From contig NW_026515692.1 in NCBI RefSeq assembly GCF_025526975.1, positions 62,001-126,000 on the forward strand: a DNA stretch of 64,000 nt, in the 5' to 3' direction. Made by a program: the position numbers and the translations under genes. The stretch is from Fimicolochytrium jonesii. Lineage: Eukaryota. This document shows, piece by piece, positions 1 to 12,156 of this stretch. The number at the start of each line of letters is the position of its first letter. The stretch's first letter is position 1. The notes beneath the pieces are model-generated. The model ran no database searches, had not been told where the DNA came from, and saw only the letters and a list, made by a program, of their open reading frames with translations.

Positions 1-317
1 AAAAGGCGGCATAACGAAGGAGAAAATGAAAGAGGCAAAGCGCCGCAGTGATGCGGCCTAGAGACGGGAGCGAGACAAGATGATGAAGCGACTCCAGTAC
101 TTGCGAAAGCACATGGATGATTCCTCTTCGAGTGATGATGGAGACGGTGACGGAAACGGCGGGGGAGGTGGTCCAGGGGGTTCGCCTGGTGGAGGCGGAG
201 CCGGAGCCAGTGGAGCCACCGGTGCCGGGGCAGCGGCGGCTATCATGGTGGCAGGGTAAGGTGCTGAAGTCGTATATAGTGCCCAGAAGCTGCCCCAGTA
301 TGTGTGTTCTGTATGTC

Positions 318-1690
318 TCATTCGGACGTAGTCGTCGCCGGCTGTCTATTGCTAGCGACATGACCTTCTTGAATTGCTTGAATAAATTTCGTATGTGTCT
401 CGGGAGGAAAGGGCTTTGTGAAGTAATTAGCCAGTTGTTCCTGCGTTGCGCTGTCGAGGAGTACGACGTCTTTCTTTGCCACGCCGTCGTGTAGCTTGTG
501 GTAGCGTACGTAGATGTGTTTGGAGCTTTGACTAATAGCCGTGGAGTTGGCAATCTTGCGGGCGCTTTGATTGTCAATGTGGATTGGCGTGGGGTCCTTG
601 ATGTTGCCGTATTCGTCGCCGAAGACCTTCGCGATGATCGAGCAGAGCCAGTAGACCTCGTTGTAACCAAGGGCTGCGGCGATATACTCAGCTTCCGTGG
701 AGCTGAGAGCTACACACTTCTGTTTGGTGCTTTCCCAGTAGATAAGCTGGCCTTTGAAGAAGCTGGCGATGCCCGCGGTAGATTTGCGGTTGTTGACATC
801 GTCTGCGTAGGATGCGTCTGTATAGACGCTAAGTCCAGCCTGATCTGAATGACCGGACTTGTAGGTAAGCTCGAAGGTGCAGGTACCTTTCAGGTAGCGC
901 ATGATGCGAAGTACATCATTCCAGTCGGCTTGGGTAGAAGCTGAGACTTGACGTGCGACGAAGCCTACGGCAGTTGAAATATCCCAGCGCCAGGTAATGG
1001 ATGCCCACGTGAGGGCCCCAACTGCTTCCTGGTAGAGAAGCTTGTTAGGAAAAGGGGGGCTTGCGGAGGTGGTCGGGTACGCGCAGAGACGGCGCACGGC
1101 GTAGAGACCGGGGTAGCTTTTTGTTGTCCAAATCGTTCGAGTAAACCGTCGATAGAGGTAACATTGCTGATTTTGAGTTGGTTCCCGGACGGCGAGAGCT
1201 GGTAATTGAAGACCAGACCCAGGCAGTTTTTGATGGGACCGAGATCCGTACAGTTGAAATGAGAACATAGTTCACCTTTCACTTGCTTGACGTGTAAGGG
1301 AAAGCAGCAGGCGATGAAATTGTCCACATAGATAAGGAGCATCCGGAGGGCGACCAGAGTGCGCATCGTTGTCGCGCAGCGATAGAAGACGCAAGGGCAG
1401 TTCTTTAGCGCAGTAAAGCCGAGAGAACTGAGGGTTTTGCAAAGGGTACGGTACCAGAGAAGCGGAGATTGCGTCAGACCATATAGAGCCTTGCGTAAGA
1501 GGTATACCCAGTCTGCACGCAGCTTGTGCAGATCTTCGTAGCCTTGAAATTGTTCAACATAGACGGGTCCATCGATATCGCTGCGTAAGAACGCGTTGGG
1601 GACGTTGAGTGGATGGATTTCCATACCGAGAGAGACAGCAATGGAGAGGAAAAGGCGAAGAACTGACATGGGTAGGGTTGGAGCGTAGGT
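318..1690 (-). pseudogene. Ty1/Copia reverse transcriptase + RNase H remnant (frameshifted, 5' truncated), left-arm copy
   Basis: AFLRSDIDGPVYVEQ, KALYGLTQSP..W, LLIYVDN (degenerate YVDD), YTDASYA..NRKSTAG, KQKCVALSSTEAEYIA, IHIDNQSA, SKHIYVRYH, split over two frames. Confidence 0.9.
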
Positions 1691-1746
1691 GTCGTTATAA
1701 TCAATACCCTTGGATTGACAAAAACCTTGAACTACACTGCGGCCCT

Positions 1747-3654
1747 TGTCGGGGATATCTCATCTTCACTTGTATTTCATATTATATCTCTTTACTTTTA
1801 CTTGATCTGAGACCCGGGCTGGCCACCCAAGCTCGTAAGACGCAAACGGCCCATAAGACGGTGAGACCAGCAGCCCCTCCAGCTGCACCTCCGCCAGGAC
1901 CCTCACGACCGACTACGCGCTCTACGCGCGCTTCGTCCGCAGCGTCCGCAAGCGGCTCTTCGATATCGAAAGCCCGAGTTAGAGAAGCTCTTCGATTGGC
2001 GACAGAGGTATCGACGTTGAGGACGCACAAACTCAAGCTATCGTTGCGGCTGTCGCAGCTGCTTTTGCTACTCAGCAGTGTGCTGTTACGCAAGACACCC
2101 AACGAGCCGAACGCTTCAGACTTCTTATGGACGCTTGCGAGAACAAGCTCGTCGAATACGATGGCGCCAAAGCTGCCAAAAAGACCGAAGAGTTCGTTAC
2201 ATCTCACCACAACTTTCTCGAGTCTTTCACTGTCCCGGCTGTAGCAGCTGGAACAGACGGTACTGGAGCTGCCAATGCCATACCCTTTACTATGGCAGAG
2301 TATGCTCCTACGCTCACTACCTCCCTCAAGGGTACTGCTCTTGAGTGGTACAATACGACTTACGCCGCTGGACCTCCCGCAAATTGGGCAGGTTTTGAAA
2401 CGGCTCTTGTCGCTCACTTTTATCCTCGCAATTTGCGTAATACTATTGAGCTCAAGCTCTCTGGCCTCAAGCTCGGCGACTCTCTTGAGAAATATATCAA
2501 GGAGTTTCAAGACACCAATAATGAGCTCGAAGCTGCTCATCGTCTCGATAACACCCAAGGTACAATTCCCCTTATCGATCAGATTCGATACTTCAAGGCC
2601 GGTCTTCTCAGGAATACGGTAATCAGTCATTATCTCGCTGAAGCCGTTACGAACTTCGAAGTCTCGGGCACTACCAATATCAACACCCCTATCACTCTCG
2701 ATCAAGCTATCACTGCAGCTCGTCGTGCTCATGTGGCTCACAGGTTCACTGACGGCAAGCAAGCCAATACGCCTCGTCCGATCGCCTCGGCAACAAGTGC
2801 TTGTGGCGGCGGCGGAGCCAGTCGCGGTCGAGGTAGTCGTGGCAGTGGTCGTGGCGGACGATTTGCCCTTTACACCAATTCTCGAATTACGGAATTCGAG
2901 CAAGACTTAGGTGATATGACCTTTGGGCTCAATGCCCTCAGTACGTCATACTATCCCCCTGGAGTGAGTCGTCTCACTACAGGTCAAGTTCTCTACCAAC
3001 GTCAACAGCCCTTCCGTCGACGTGGACAATGGCAAACTACTCACGTTCCTCGTCAACGTCCAATGACTCCTTGTCCCCTTTGTAACAAAATGGGACATTG
3101 GAGTGTTGAATGCTGGTCAAATCCCAAAAATTGACAGCAAGGCTCGCAAACCCAGAACCGACACGGTGGTTTTTGACAGCGCGGTCGTGGCGCTCAAACT
3201 CAGCAGCGCAGTCGCCAACCTAATCAACAACAAGGTTCAGCCAATCAGGTTGATGCTGGGTCACGCATCACGGAAATTCTCGATGACGCCGTCAACTCTG
3301 CGAATACTACAAATACTACTACAAATCAATCTTCGAGTTTTTTCCAAGGTCATTAGAGCCCCTCGGTAGCTCTGCTCGGCCTACAACATACGATCCTACC
3401 GATAAACCTGCGTTTGCACCACTGTCTGCTGGACTCTGGGTCTCTCATTGTCGCATCGGAAACAAGTTTGCTCGTGTTCTTTTCGATAGCGGCGCAACTG
3501 GGTTATTCCTTGATAAGACATTCTTCGAAAAGCACAAATTTCCCAAGAAACGTATCGAATTGAAGCAGATATGGCTGGCCGACAAAGAATCATACATGAT
3601 TCTCGAAACGTTCGTTTCGGAAAAGTTAGATCTATGGGATCTCGAATCTCAGTC
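1747..3654 (+). mobile_element. Ty3/Gypsy-type 5' fragment: LTR-like start, gag (2127-3134) and aspartic protease (about 3400-3654), cut at the palindrome centre
   Basis: Gag motifs LKGTALEWY..NWAGFETALVAHF and CCHC knuckle CPLCNKMGHWSVEC. Protease ARVLFDSGATGLFLD (GAT at 3485) is in the frame of ORF 3560. TGTCGGGGATATCTCAT at 1747 is shared with the LTR at 10376. Confidence 0.8.
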
Positions 3655-3705
3655 GGGTTCACAAAGTACTTCCTCGACTTGGGAAGTTGTTCAACTAAGA
3701 AAAGT

Positions 3706-5613
3706 GACTGAGATTCGAGATCCCATAGATCTAACTTTTCCGAAACGAACGTTTCGAGAATCATGTATGATTCTTTGTCGGCCAGCCATATCTGCTTCAA
3801 TTCGATACGTTTCTTGGGAAATTTGTGCTTTTCGAAGAATGTCTTATCAAGGAATAACCCAGTTGCGCCGCTATCGAAAAGAACACGAGCAAACTTGTTT
3901 CCGATGCGACAATGAGAGACCCAGAGTCCAGCAGACAGTGGTGCAAACGCAGGTTTATCGGTAGGATCGTATGTTGTAGGCCGAGCAGAGCTACCGAGGG
4001 GCTCTAATGACCTTGGAAAAAACTCGAAGATTGATTTGTAGTAGTATTTGTAGTATTCGCAGAGTTGACGGCGTCATCGAGAATTTCCGTGATGCGTGAC
4101 CCAGCATCAACCTGATTGGCTGAACCTTGTTGTTGATTAGGTTGGCGACTGCGCTGCTGAGTTTGAGCGCCACGACCGCGCTGTCAAAAACCACCGTGTC
4201 GGTTCTGGGTTTGCGAGCCTTGCTGTCAATTTTTGGGATTTGACCAGCATTCAACACTCCAATGTCCCATTTTGTTACAAAGGGGACAAGGAGTCATTGG
4301 ACGTTGACGAGGAACGTGAGTAGTTTGCCATTGTCCACGTCGACAAGAGGGCTGTCGACGTTGGTAGAGAACTTGACCTGTAGTGAGCCGACTCACTCCA
4401 GGGGGAAAGTATGACGTACTGAGGGCATTGAGCCCAAAGGTCATATCATCTAAGTCTTGCTTGAATTCCGTAATTCGAGAATTGGTGTAAAGGGCAAATC
4501 GTCCGCCGCGACCACCGCCACGACTACCTCAACCGCGACTGGCTCCGCGGCCGCCACAAGCACTTGTTGCCGAGGCGATCGGACGAGGCGTATTGGCTTG
4601 CTTGCCGTCAGTGAACCTGTGAGCCACATGAGCACGACGAGCTGCAGTGATAGCTTGATCGAGAGTGATAGGGGTGTTGATATTGGTAGTGCCCGAGACT
4701 TCGAAGTTCGTAACGGCTTCAGCGAGATAATGACTGATTACCGTATTCCTGAGAAGACCGGCCTTGAAGTATCGAATCTGATCGATAAGGGGAATTGTAC
4801 CTTGGGTGTTATCGAGACGATGAGCAGCTTCGAGCTCATTATTGGTGTCTTGAAACTCCTTGATATATTTCTCAAGAGAGTCGCCGAGCTTGAGGCCAGA
4901 GAGCTTGAGCTCAATAGTATTACGCAAATTGCGAGGATAAAAGTGAGCGACAAGAGCCGTTTCAAAACCTGCCCAATTTGCGGGAGGTCCAGCGGCGTAA
5001 GTCGTATTGTACCACTCAAGAGCAGTACCCTTGAGGGAGGTAGTGAGCGTAGGAGCATACTCTGCCATAGTAAAGGGTATGGCATTGGCAGCTCCAGTAC
5101 CGTCTGTTCCAGCTGCTACAGCCGGGACAGTGAAAGACTCGAGAAAGTTGTGGTGAGATGTAACGAACTCTTCGGTCTTTTTGGCAGCTTTGGCGCCATC
5201 GTATTCGACGAGCTTCTTCTCGCAAGCGTCCATAAGAAGTCTGAAGCGTTCGGCTCGTTGGGTGTCTTGCGTAACAGCACACTGCTGAGTAGCAAAAGCA
5301 GCTGCGACAGCCGCAACGATAGCTTGAGTTTGTGCGTCCTCAACGTCGATACCTCTGTCGCCAATCGAAGAGCTTCTCTAACTCGGGCTTTCGATATCGA
5401 AGAGCCGCTTGCGGACGCTGCGGACGAAGCGCGCGTAGAGCGCGTAGTCGGTCGTGAGGGTCCTGGCGGAGGTGCAGCTGGAGGGGCTGCTGGTCTCACC
5501 GTCTTATGGGCCGTTTGCGTCTTACGAGCTCGGGTGGCCAGCCCGGGTCTCAGATCAAGTAAAAGTAAAGAGATATAATATGAAATACAAGTGAAGATGA
5601 GATATCCCCGACA
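3706..5613 (-). mobile_element. Mirror copy of the Gypsy gag-protease fragment (right arm), with an extra CGA>TGA stop in gag
   Basis: Reverse complement of 1747-3654. ORF 4529..5233 ends at GASRG* where the left arm reads GASRGR. Confidence 0.8.
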
Positions 5614-5669
5614 AGGGCCGCAGTGTAGTTCAAGGTTTTTGTCAATCCAAGGGTATTGATTATAACGAC

Positions 5670-7042
5670 ACCTACGCTTCAACCCTACCCATGTCAGTTC
5701 TTCGCCTTTTCCTCTCCATTGCTGTCTCTCTCGGTATGGAAATCCATCCAGTCAACGTCCCCAACGCGTTCTTACGCAGCGATATCGATGGACCCGTCTA
5801 CGTTGAACAATTTCAAGGCTACGAAGATCTGCACAAGCTGCGTGCAGACTGGGTATACCTCTTACGCAAGGCTCTATATGGTCTGACGCAATCTCCGCTT
5901 CTCTGGTACCGTACCCTTTGCAAAACCCTCAGTTCTCTCGGCTTTACTGCGCTAAAGAACTGCCCTTGCGTCTTCTATCGCTGCGCGACAACAATGCGCA
6001 CTCTGGTCGCCCTCCGGATGCTCCTTATCTATGTGGACAATTTCATCGCCTGCTGCTTTCCCTTACACGTCAAGCAAGTGAAAGGTGAACTATGTTCTCA
6101 TTTCAACTGTACGGATCTCGGTCCCATCAAAAACTGCCTGGGTCTGGTCTTCAATTACCAGCTCTCGCCGTCCGGGAACCAACTCAAAATCAGCAATGTT
6201 ACCTCTATCGACGGTTTACTCGAACGATTTGGACAACAAAAAGCTACCCCGGTCTCTACGCCGTGCGCCGTCTCTGCGCGTACCCGACCACCTCCGCAAG
6301 CCCCCCTTTTCCTAACAAGCTTCTCTACCAGGAAGCAGTTGGGGCCCTCACGTGGGCATCCATTACCTGGCGCTGGGATATTTCAACTGCCGTAGGCTTC
6401 GTCGCACGTCAAGTCTCAGCTTCTACCCAAGCCGACTGGAATGATGTACTTCGCATCATGCGCTACCTGAAAGGTACATGCACCTTCGAGCTTACCTACA
6501 AGTCCGGTCATTCAGATCAGGCTGGACTTAGCGTCTATACAGACGCATCCTACGCAGACGATGTCAACAACCGCAAATCTACCGTGGGCATCGCCAGCTT
6601 CTTCAAAGGCCAGCTTATCTACTGGGAAAGCACCAAACAGAAGTGCGTAGCTCTCAGCTCCACGGAAGCTGAGTATATCGCCGCAGCCCTCGGTTACAAC
6701 GAGGTCTACTGGCTCCGCTCGGACATCGCGGAGGTCTTCGGCGACGAATACGGCAACATCAAGGACCCCACGCCAATCCACATTGACAATCAAAGCGCCC
6801 GCGAGATTGCCAACTCCACGGCTATTACTCAACGCTCCAAACACATCGACGTACGCTACCACAAGCTACGCGACGGCGTGGCAAAGAAAGACGTCGTACT
6901 CCTCGACAGCGCAACGCAGGAACAACTGGCTAATTACTTCACAAAGCCCTTTCCTCCCAAGACACATACGAAATTTATTCAAGCAATTCAAGAAGGTTGT
7001 GTCGCTAGCAATAGACAGCCGGCGACGACTACGTCCGAATGA
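5670..7042 (+). pseudogene. Ty1/Copia RT + RNase H remnant, right-arm copy
   Basis: ORFs 5691..6395 and 6092..7042 carry the same Copia motifs. RSKHIDVRYH is intact here. Confidence 0.9.
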
Positions 7043-7594
7043 GACATACAGAACACCCATACTGGGGCGGCTTCTGGGCACTATATACCACTTCAGCATC
7101 TTACCCTGCCACCATGATAGCCGCCGCTGCCCCGGCACCGGGGGCTCCACTGGCTCCGGCTCCGCCTCCACCAGGCGAACCCCCTAGACCACCTCCCCCG
7201 CCGTTTCCGTCACCGTCTCCATCATCACTCGAAGACGAATCATCCATGTGCTTTCGCAAGTACTGGAGTCGCTTCATCATCTTGTCTTGCTCCCGTCTCT
7301 AGGCCGCATCATTGCGGCGCCTTGCCTCTTTCATTTTCTCCTTCGTTATGCCGCCTTTTCCTTTATATCGCGACTCCAAGACTGCCTTACATCCCAGGTA
7401 GTCTGCCTCCTCCATCAATGTCTCGAACAACCCCTTCTTTCGCTTCGATCGATCCAGTTTCGCCTTCGTAAACGCCAGGTGCTTGGCAAGGTTCTCATGG
7501 TTATCCTTCCGGTACCTCAACGTCGCCACCTCCGTCGCCAATCGAAGAGCTTCCCTCACTTGGGCTTTCGACATCGAAGAGTCGCTTGTCCCCG

Positions 7595-7809
7595 GTTAGG
7601 GTTCCCGTAGTTTATTTCCTCACATGACTCCCCTCCCGCTTACGCCACGCTTCCGCGTACGGGACTTCACTCTTTTCTTCCCTTCCGGACCTCGCGTCCT
7701 CTTTCTACTTCAGACTTCTCTGCATTACTTCTTATACAATACAGTACTACATCTCACACAACATAGAGTTCGCTCAGTCATCTGCTTCCTCTGCCGACTA
7801 CTGCTAAGT
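7595..7809 (+). repeat. 5'-truncated Copia LTR in + orientation, same family as 9396-9630
   Basis: Clear similarity to the reverse complement of about 9396-9600, ending ...ctctgccgactactgctaagt. Confidence 0.85.
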
Positions 7810-9630
7810 GAACCTACCTACGGGAACCCTAACTAAGGACTCGGGAGGATGATACCTCCAACACCCCCACTCAAACTCACGAGTCTATCTAAGTGAAAGA
7901 TAAATCTGAACAATGAGTAGAAGGTGATCGTGCGCGAGAAGTGGGCGGTTGCGGGATGTGTATTATACGCCGGTATGGATGCGAAGACCTTGATTACTGG
8001 ACGTATAGGTAAGCGCGACGGTGCGGGTTCGTTGAATGCAGCGCATGATGTGAAGTACATCTTCCCGGTCGGCTTGGGTACGGAGCTGAGACCTGACGAC
8101 GACGAAATGAAGCCGACGGCAGTTGAAATGTCGCAGCGCCGAGATGCCCACGTGACGGCCCCCACTGCTTCCGGGTGGAGAGAGTGTTCAAATGGGGAAA
8201 CTGCAGAGGCGGGTTGGGTACGCGCTGAAATGGCGTATGGTGTGGAAGCCGGGGTAGCGTTTTGTTGTCCAAATCGGGTTAATCCGTTGATGGGGGTAAC
8301 GCCTTTGAGTCTCTTTATCAGTGCATTTCGCAGCTGATATAAGAGGTTTGGTAAGACCGGGACCTGAAAAACACCCCGCGGGGAGCGGGCGCGTTGCCAC
8401 TGGACGTAGGGTGGATGAGAATCCCCGCAAGTCCAATAAGGCGGTGGTGGTCTTGAAGAGATGGATCTAGTACGGTGTCCTTTTTCTGCGAAGTAAGGGT
8501 ACTAGAATCCATACAGCCCGAATTCGCCGTGAAGAGGCAGTCGTCGTGTGTGGCTGGGATTTGAACGTGCATGGCGTGCGCCATGGAAGGGGCAGCGGGG
8601 GCCTCCTTCTTATTGTTCATTGGGGATGTTACCAAGGTAACTGTTACTGGGGTAGCTGGCTGCCGTTCCGGGGCTTGATAAGCGTATGGAGCGGTGTAGG
8701 CCGTTGCGCGCTGAGAAGGCGCATGAGGTGGCTGTCGTCCTGGGGCTTGATAAGCGTATGGGATGGAGTAAGCCGTAGCGCACTGAGAAGGCACATGGGG
8801 TGGCCTCAGAGGTTCACTTCGGTGATCAGCGAAAGGAGGGCCTTGAGTGCCGGGTTGAGGTGCCGGTGTAGGGCTAGCCGAATCAGAACAAGTGCTGAAT
8901 ACTGGCGATTGGGTGAGCGGGTTCACTGAGGGGACGGTAGGTCCGCCTTGTTGTGGCGCTCGTTCCTGATTCAAGAGAGAGGTAACTAGTCCAGCCGTCC
9001 TCTCAGCGAAGAAGCCTTCTTCCTGCTTGATAGGAATATACCCTTCCTGATTGGGATCCATAATTGGGGCCGTCAGGAATGGGTTGATTTCGGTTTCCAC
9101 GGCTCCGCGCAATTCAGGCGCATCCACATACGGCGTGGTTGCGTCTCTCAACTCTGCCAAAGTTGCAGAAAACCTCTCCTTCCCCTTCTCCCCTTCCACA
9201 TATCCACCAGGCATTTTGTCGGCGTCAGCGGGTCCAGGCAAGCGCGTATTAGGGGCAGAGGGCTTGCCGGCTGCTAATGCAGCAGAGCGTGCTTTCTGAG
9301 TTTGTTGAATCGAAGTTGGGAGTCGGCGCCGGGAGACCAAGAGTTCTTTATCCTGACCCACCCGCTAGTTGCGGGCGGAGCCAGGGCTCATAACCACTTA
9401 GCAGTAGTCGGCAGAGGAAGCAGATGACTGAGCGAACTCTATGTATGGTGAGATGTAGTCCTGAGAAGTATGTATTCAAGTCTCTTGTGGAAAGAGGACG
9501 CGAGGTCCGTAGGGGAAGAAAAGAGTGAAGTCCCGTACGCGTAAGCGTGGCGTAAGCGGGAGGTGAGTCACAAGGGGAACCTAGCTACAGGAACCCTAAC
9601 TAAGGACTCGGGAGGATGATACCTCCAACA
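7810..9630 (-). mobile_element. Internally deleted, non-autonomous Ty1/Copia element: 5' LTR 9630-9396, PBS 9395-9381, gag-like ORF 8318..9361, RT remnant about 7960-8310, PPT, truncated 3' LTR 7863-7810
   Basis: LTR TGTTGGAGGTATC...CTAAGT is followed by GGTTATGAGCCCTGG (half-tRNAiMet PBS, as in copia/Ty5). GAGTGGGGG precedes the second TGTTGGAGGTATC. EAVGAVTWASRRCDISTAVGF matches the arm RT region. Confidence 0.85.
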
Positions 9631-10060
9631 GGGATAATGTTGGGCTGGAGAAGGCCGTACGGTTTGTGTCGACTGGATTTCGCTTGGCTACAGATATCGC
9701 AGGACTTGACGTAGGCTTTGACAAAGCGCCACTGGCTGGGCCACCAGTAGTTGCGGGAGACGAGTTCGAGGGTCCTGGATACCCCAAAGTGGCCGGCTAG
9801 GGGCGTATAATGCATGTCGTGGCAGATTTCGGCTCGGAGCTCATTGGTGGGGACATAGACAAGGTTATAGTACAGCAGAATCCCGTGTTCATCTGAGAAA
9901 CGCTTGATACGATCCTGGGCTTCTCCGGTCCGTTGGGCAAGGGAGATCTTGAGCTGTTCGTGGATGGTCTTTGCAAGGTCATCAGTGGTGTAGGCAACTT
10001 TGATCTTTTCGAGGATTGCAGAATCAAGGGGAGTGAGGAATGCAGCGGCAACGCAGCGGC
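9631..10060 (-). pseudogene. Ty3/Gypsy (Tf2/chromovirus-like) integrase zinc-binding domain fragment, interrupted by the Copia LTR
   Basis: VYVP..LRAEICHDMH.TPLAGHFGVSRTLELVSRNYWWP...YVKSCDICSQAKSSRHKPYGLLQP. Confidence 0.9.
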
Positions 10061-10375
10061 AGCAGGAATGCAGCGGCAATGCTGGAGCCTGAGCCTTGGA
10101 GCCTGAGGCTGGCGTAGGGGGTTTTGCAACCTCTTTGGCAGGTTTTGCAGCGGCAGCTTGCTTTGGTCCTGCCGTCGTTGCCGTCTTTGCGTCTGCAGGG
10201 GCAGCCGGTTCGACAGGTATTCCAAATCGCTTTGCCCTAGCTATTCGCTGCTCTTCTTCCGTCATTGCAGCCTGCCAAAGATAGGAGGATGTTGAGCGCA
10301 ATGAATACTTTCATGATTACACCTTGGGGCAATCTTCCACAGACTTACCTTATCACCAGCAGGTGGTGTGTGTTG

Positions 10376-10585
10376 TGTCGGGGATATCTCATATTCGCGG
10401 TTGCTGCACTTCCCAAAATTCCGCTGTGGATGAAAAGCACTAACCCTAAACCCCAACCCTAACCCTAAGGAAAAGCCTGCAAAACGAGGTGGTTTACCCC
10501 TTTCTCTATAGACAACGCAGCATAGACTACTAGTACAACCTGACCTTTGTCGGCTACTGCCGATCTAGTAGGTTATGAGCCCTGG
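10376..10585 (+). mobile_element. Copia-type 5' LTR (10376-10570) plus PBS (10571-10585), internal region lost
   Basis: TGTCGGGG...CTAGTA followed by GGTTATGAGCCCTGG. The 3' end (gtcggctactgccgatctagta) resembles that of the other Copia LTR. Confidence 0.7.
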
Positions 10586-10663
10586 TTGCAAAGTTGAAGA
10601 AATCTACGGTTCAGAATCATACGAAGATAAGGAGTAGTGGAACAATTGCCTTTGGTGGTTAAG

Positions 10664-10890
10664 CTGGATGGGTTGTATGCGGATTTGTGTCGGCAGCAAC
10701 ATGTATGATGTGGGGGTGGAGGAAGGGGGTTGCCAGCTCTTGGACAACATCCGGTGGATGCATATACTGCGGGCAGTTTCCCCTCCTACATGCTTTTTCA
10801 AAAGCTCAAATGGAATATAGCTTGCAAGTTGTGTCAGGCTTTCCGTATTTGAGGCTGGAGATTGTAGCAGAGGTTATGAAAAAGCGGTAG
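10664..10890. repeat. Dispersed repeat of about 230 bp, copy 1 (copy 2 at about 25014-25251)
   Basis: gctggatgggttgtatgcggatttgtgtcgg...gcggtag aligns with 25014-25251. The minus-strand ORFs share HVGGETARSICIHRM..PPSSTPTSY. Confidence 0.9.
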
Positions 10891-11082
10891 TTGTACGGAA
10901 CAGAAACGCTGTGCGCATTGTAGCTTCCTCCCTACTCCAATAGGGCATTCTCAACCCCAACTACCATGTATGACCCATCCAGAACCTCATTCTACTCATT
11001 TAACGACCGATGACAAAAGGAGTCCAAACTTCCTTTGATCGGGGTTTCCAATCTGCAATCTATCGCTACTGAGTTTGCCTAA

Positions 11083-11916
11083 CTAAAAGCAGTCAGGGAT
11101 CTGCCTCCGGAAGATGCGGGTTGCATTTTTTGCCGCGCTCTGTCCACAGTGGGTCAACTCCCAATGCTGAAGTAAGGCGGACAACACCTTGAACCGCCGT
11201 CTGCAATTGATGCAGGGATAATGATCTGGCTCGTGGGTGATCAAATGTTCGTTGAGTTGGCTGAGTTGCGGAAAGGACCTGTTACAAACGCAGCAAGCAT
11301 AACCCGAGCCGTTCCAACTTCTGCTGGTGGCTTTCTCCGGAAGGGAAGGATGATCTCCGTAAGTGATTCGAGGCTGGAGGATGGTACCAGGGAGTCCCGT
11401 AGCACGCTCGCATACACGGACGATGTTCTTGATTTGTTTGCGGGTCATCGGCATGACCTCGCAATTGCCGGATTCGATGTGTTGCGTCAGACCCGAGAAG
11501 GTCCGGAATGATTCCCCACAGTAGTTGCAATCCACCGTCCGCTGCGTATGAATTCCCGAATTTACATGCTGGTCGAAGTCTTGCTCTCGGCGGAAGGTGC
11601 GGCCGCAATCGGCACAGCTAGGATGCTCTTCTTCGATGTGACGGGCGAGGGCATCGTCGTCTTGGCAGACGTTGTTGCAGTATTCGCAGGTAGAATGATA
11701 TTGATGGAGGTGGTCGGAGTAGTCACTGTCGCTCCAGAAGTACTCCTCCCACCAGGCGCATTTGACATGCATGGCGCGCGAGTGTTGATGCAATGACTGA
11801 GGGGTCGAAAATACCCTGGCGCAAACAGTGCAAGGGAAGTGGGTCGCCCACTGATGCTGGTAGAGAGAGCTGCTCGTACGGAAGCACCTGTCGCAGATGG
11901 GACAGTCGTAATACAT
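11083..11916 (-). CDS. C2H2 zinc-finger protein (277 aa, intronless)
   Basis: Multiple CxxC-x12-HxxxH fingers (CPICDRCF..LYQHQWATH, CADCGRTF..HVNSGIH) and the fungal-type HIESGNC motif. Confidence 0.85.
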   Translation of the reverse strand: MYYDCPICDRCFRTSSSLYQHQWATHFPCTVCARVFSTPQSLHQHSRAMHVKCAWWEEYFWSDSDYSDHLHQYHSTCEYCNNVCQDDDALARHIEEEHPSCADCGRTFRREQDFDQHVNSGIHTQRTVDCNYCGESFRTFSGLTQHIESGNCEVMPMTRKQIKNIVRVCERATGLPGTILQPRITYGDHPSLPEKATSRSWNGSGYACCVCNRSFPQLSQLNEHLITHEPDHYPCINCRRRFKVLSALLQHWELTHCGQSAAKNATRIFRRQIPDCF

Positions 11917-12156
11917 GGCGCCGAAGGCTCAGGCAATGGTTTCCATTCCAGTTCCGTTGGCTGTAAGGTAAGCCAGGAAAAGCGCAAGGCAGCGTCGACA
12001 CTTTCCTGCAGCGGACTGCCCGCAAGGTCAAGGAAACTGTGTGTTGTATACTGTATATGTACTGTATATGCCAAGGAAGAAGGAAGAGCAGAATGCGTTT
12101 TGGACAGCGCCTCGATGAATTTTGACTTGGAGCGGATGGCAATGGCATCCACGCGT

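Larger units (their letters stand above)
1..7359. repeat. Giant inverted duplication (palindrome): left arm 1-3654, spacer 3655-3705, right arm 3706-7359; probably extends beyond the left window edge
   Basis: Position x pairs with 7360-x. ...gaatctcagtc (ends 3654) mirrors gactgagattc... (starts 3706), and base 1 aaaaggcggc mirrors gccgcctttt (ends 7359). Mirrored ORF pairs: 58..321/7039..7302, 318..1268/6092..7042, 965..1669/5691..6395, 1782..2903/4457..5578. Confidence 0.97.

Noticed and set aside
1782..2903. 373-aa antisense ORF (and its mirror 4457..5578)
   Set aside because: Shadow frame of gag with no recognisable motifs.
3396..3964. Twin 134-aa ORFs crossing the palindrome centre
   Set aside because: Products of the symmetry; only the first part is protease sequence.
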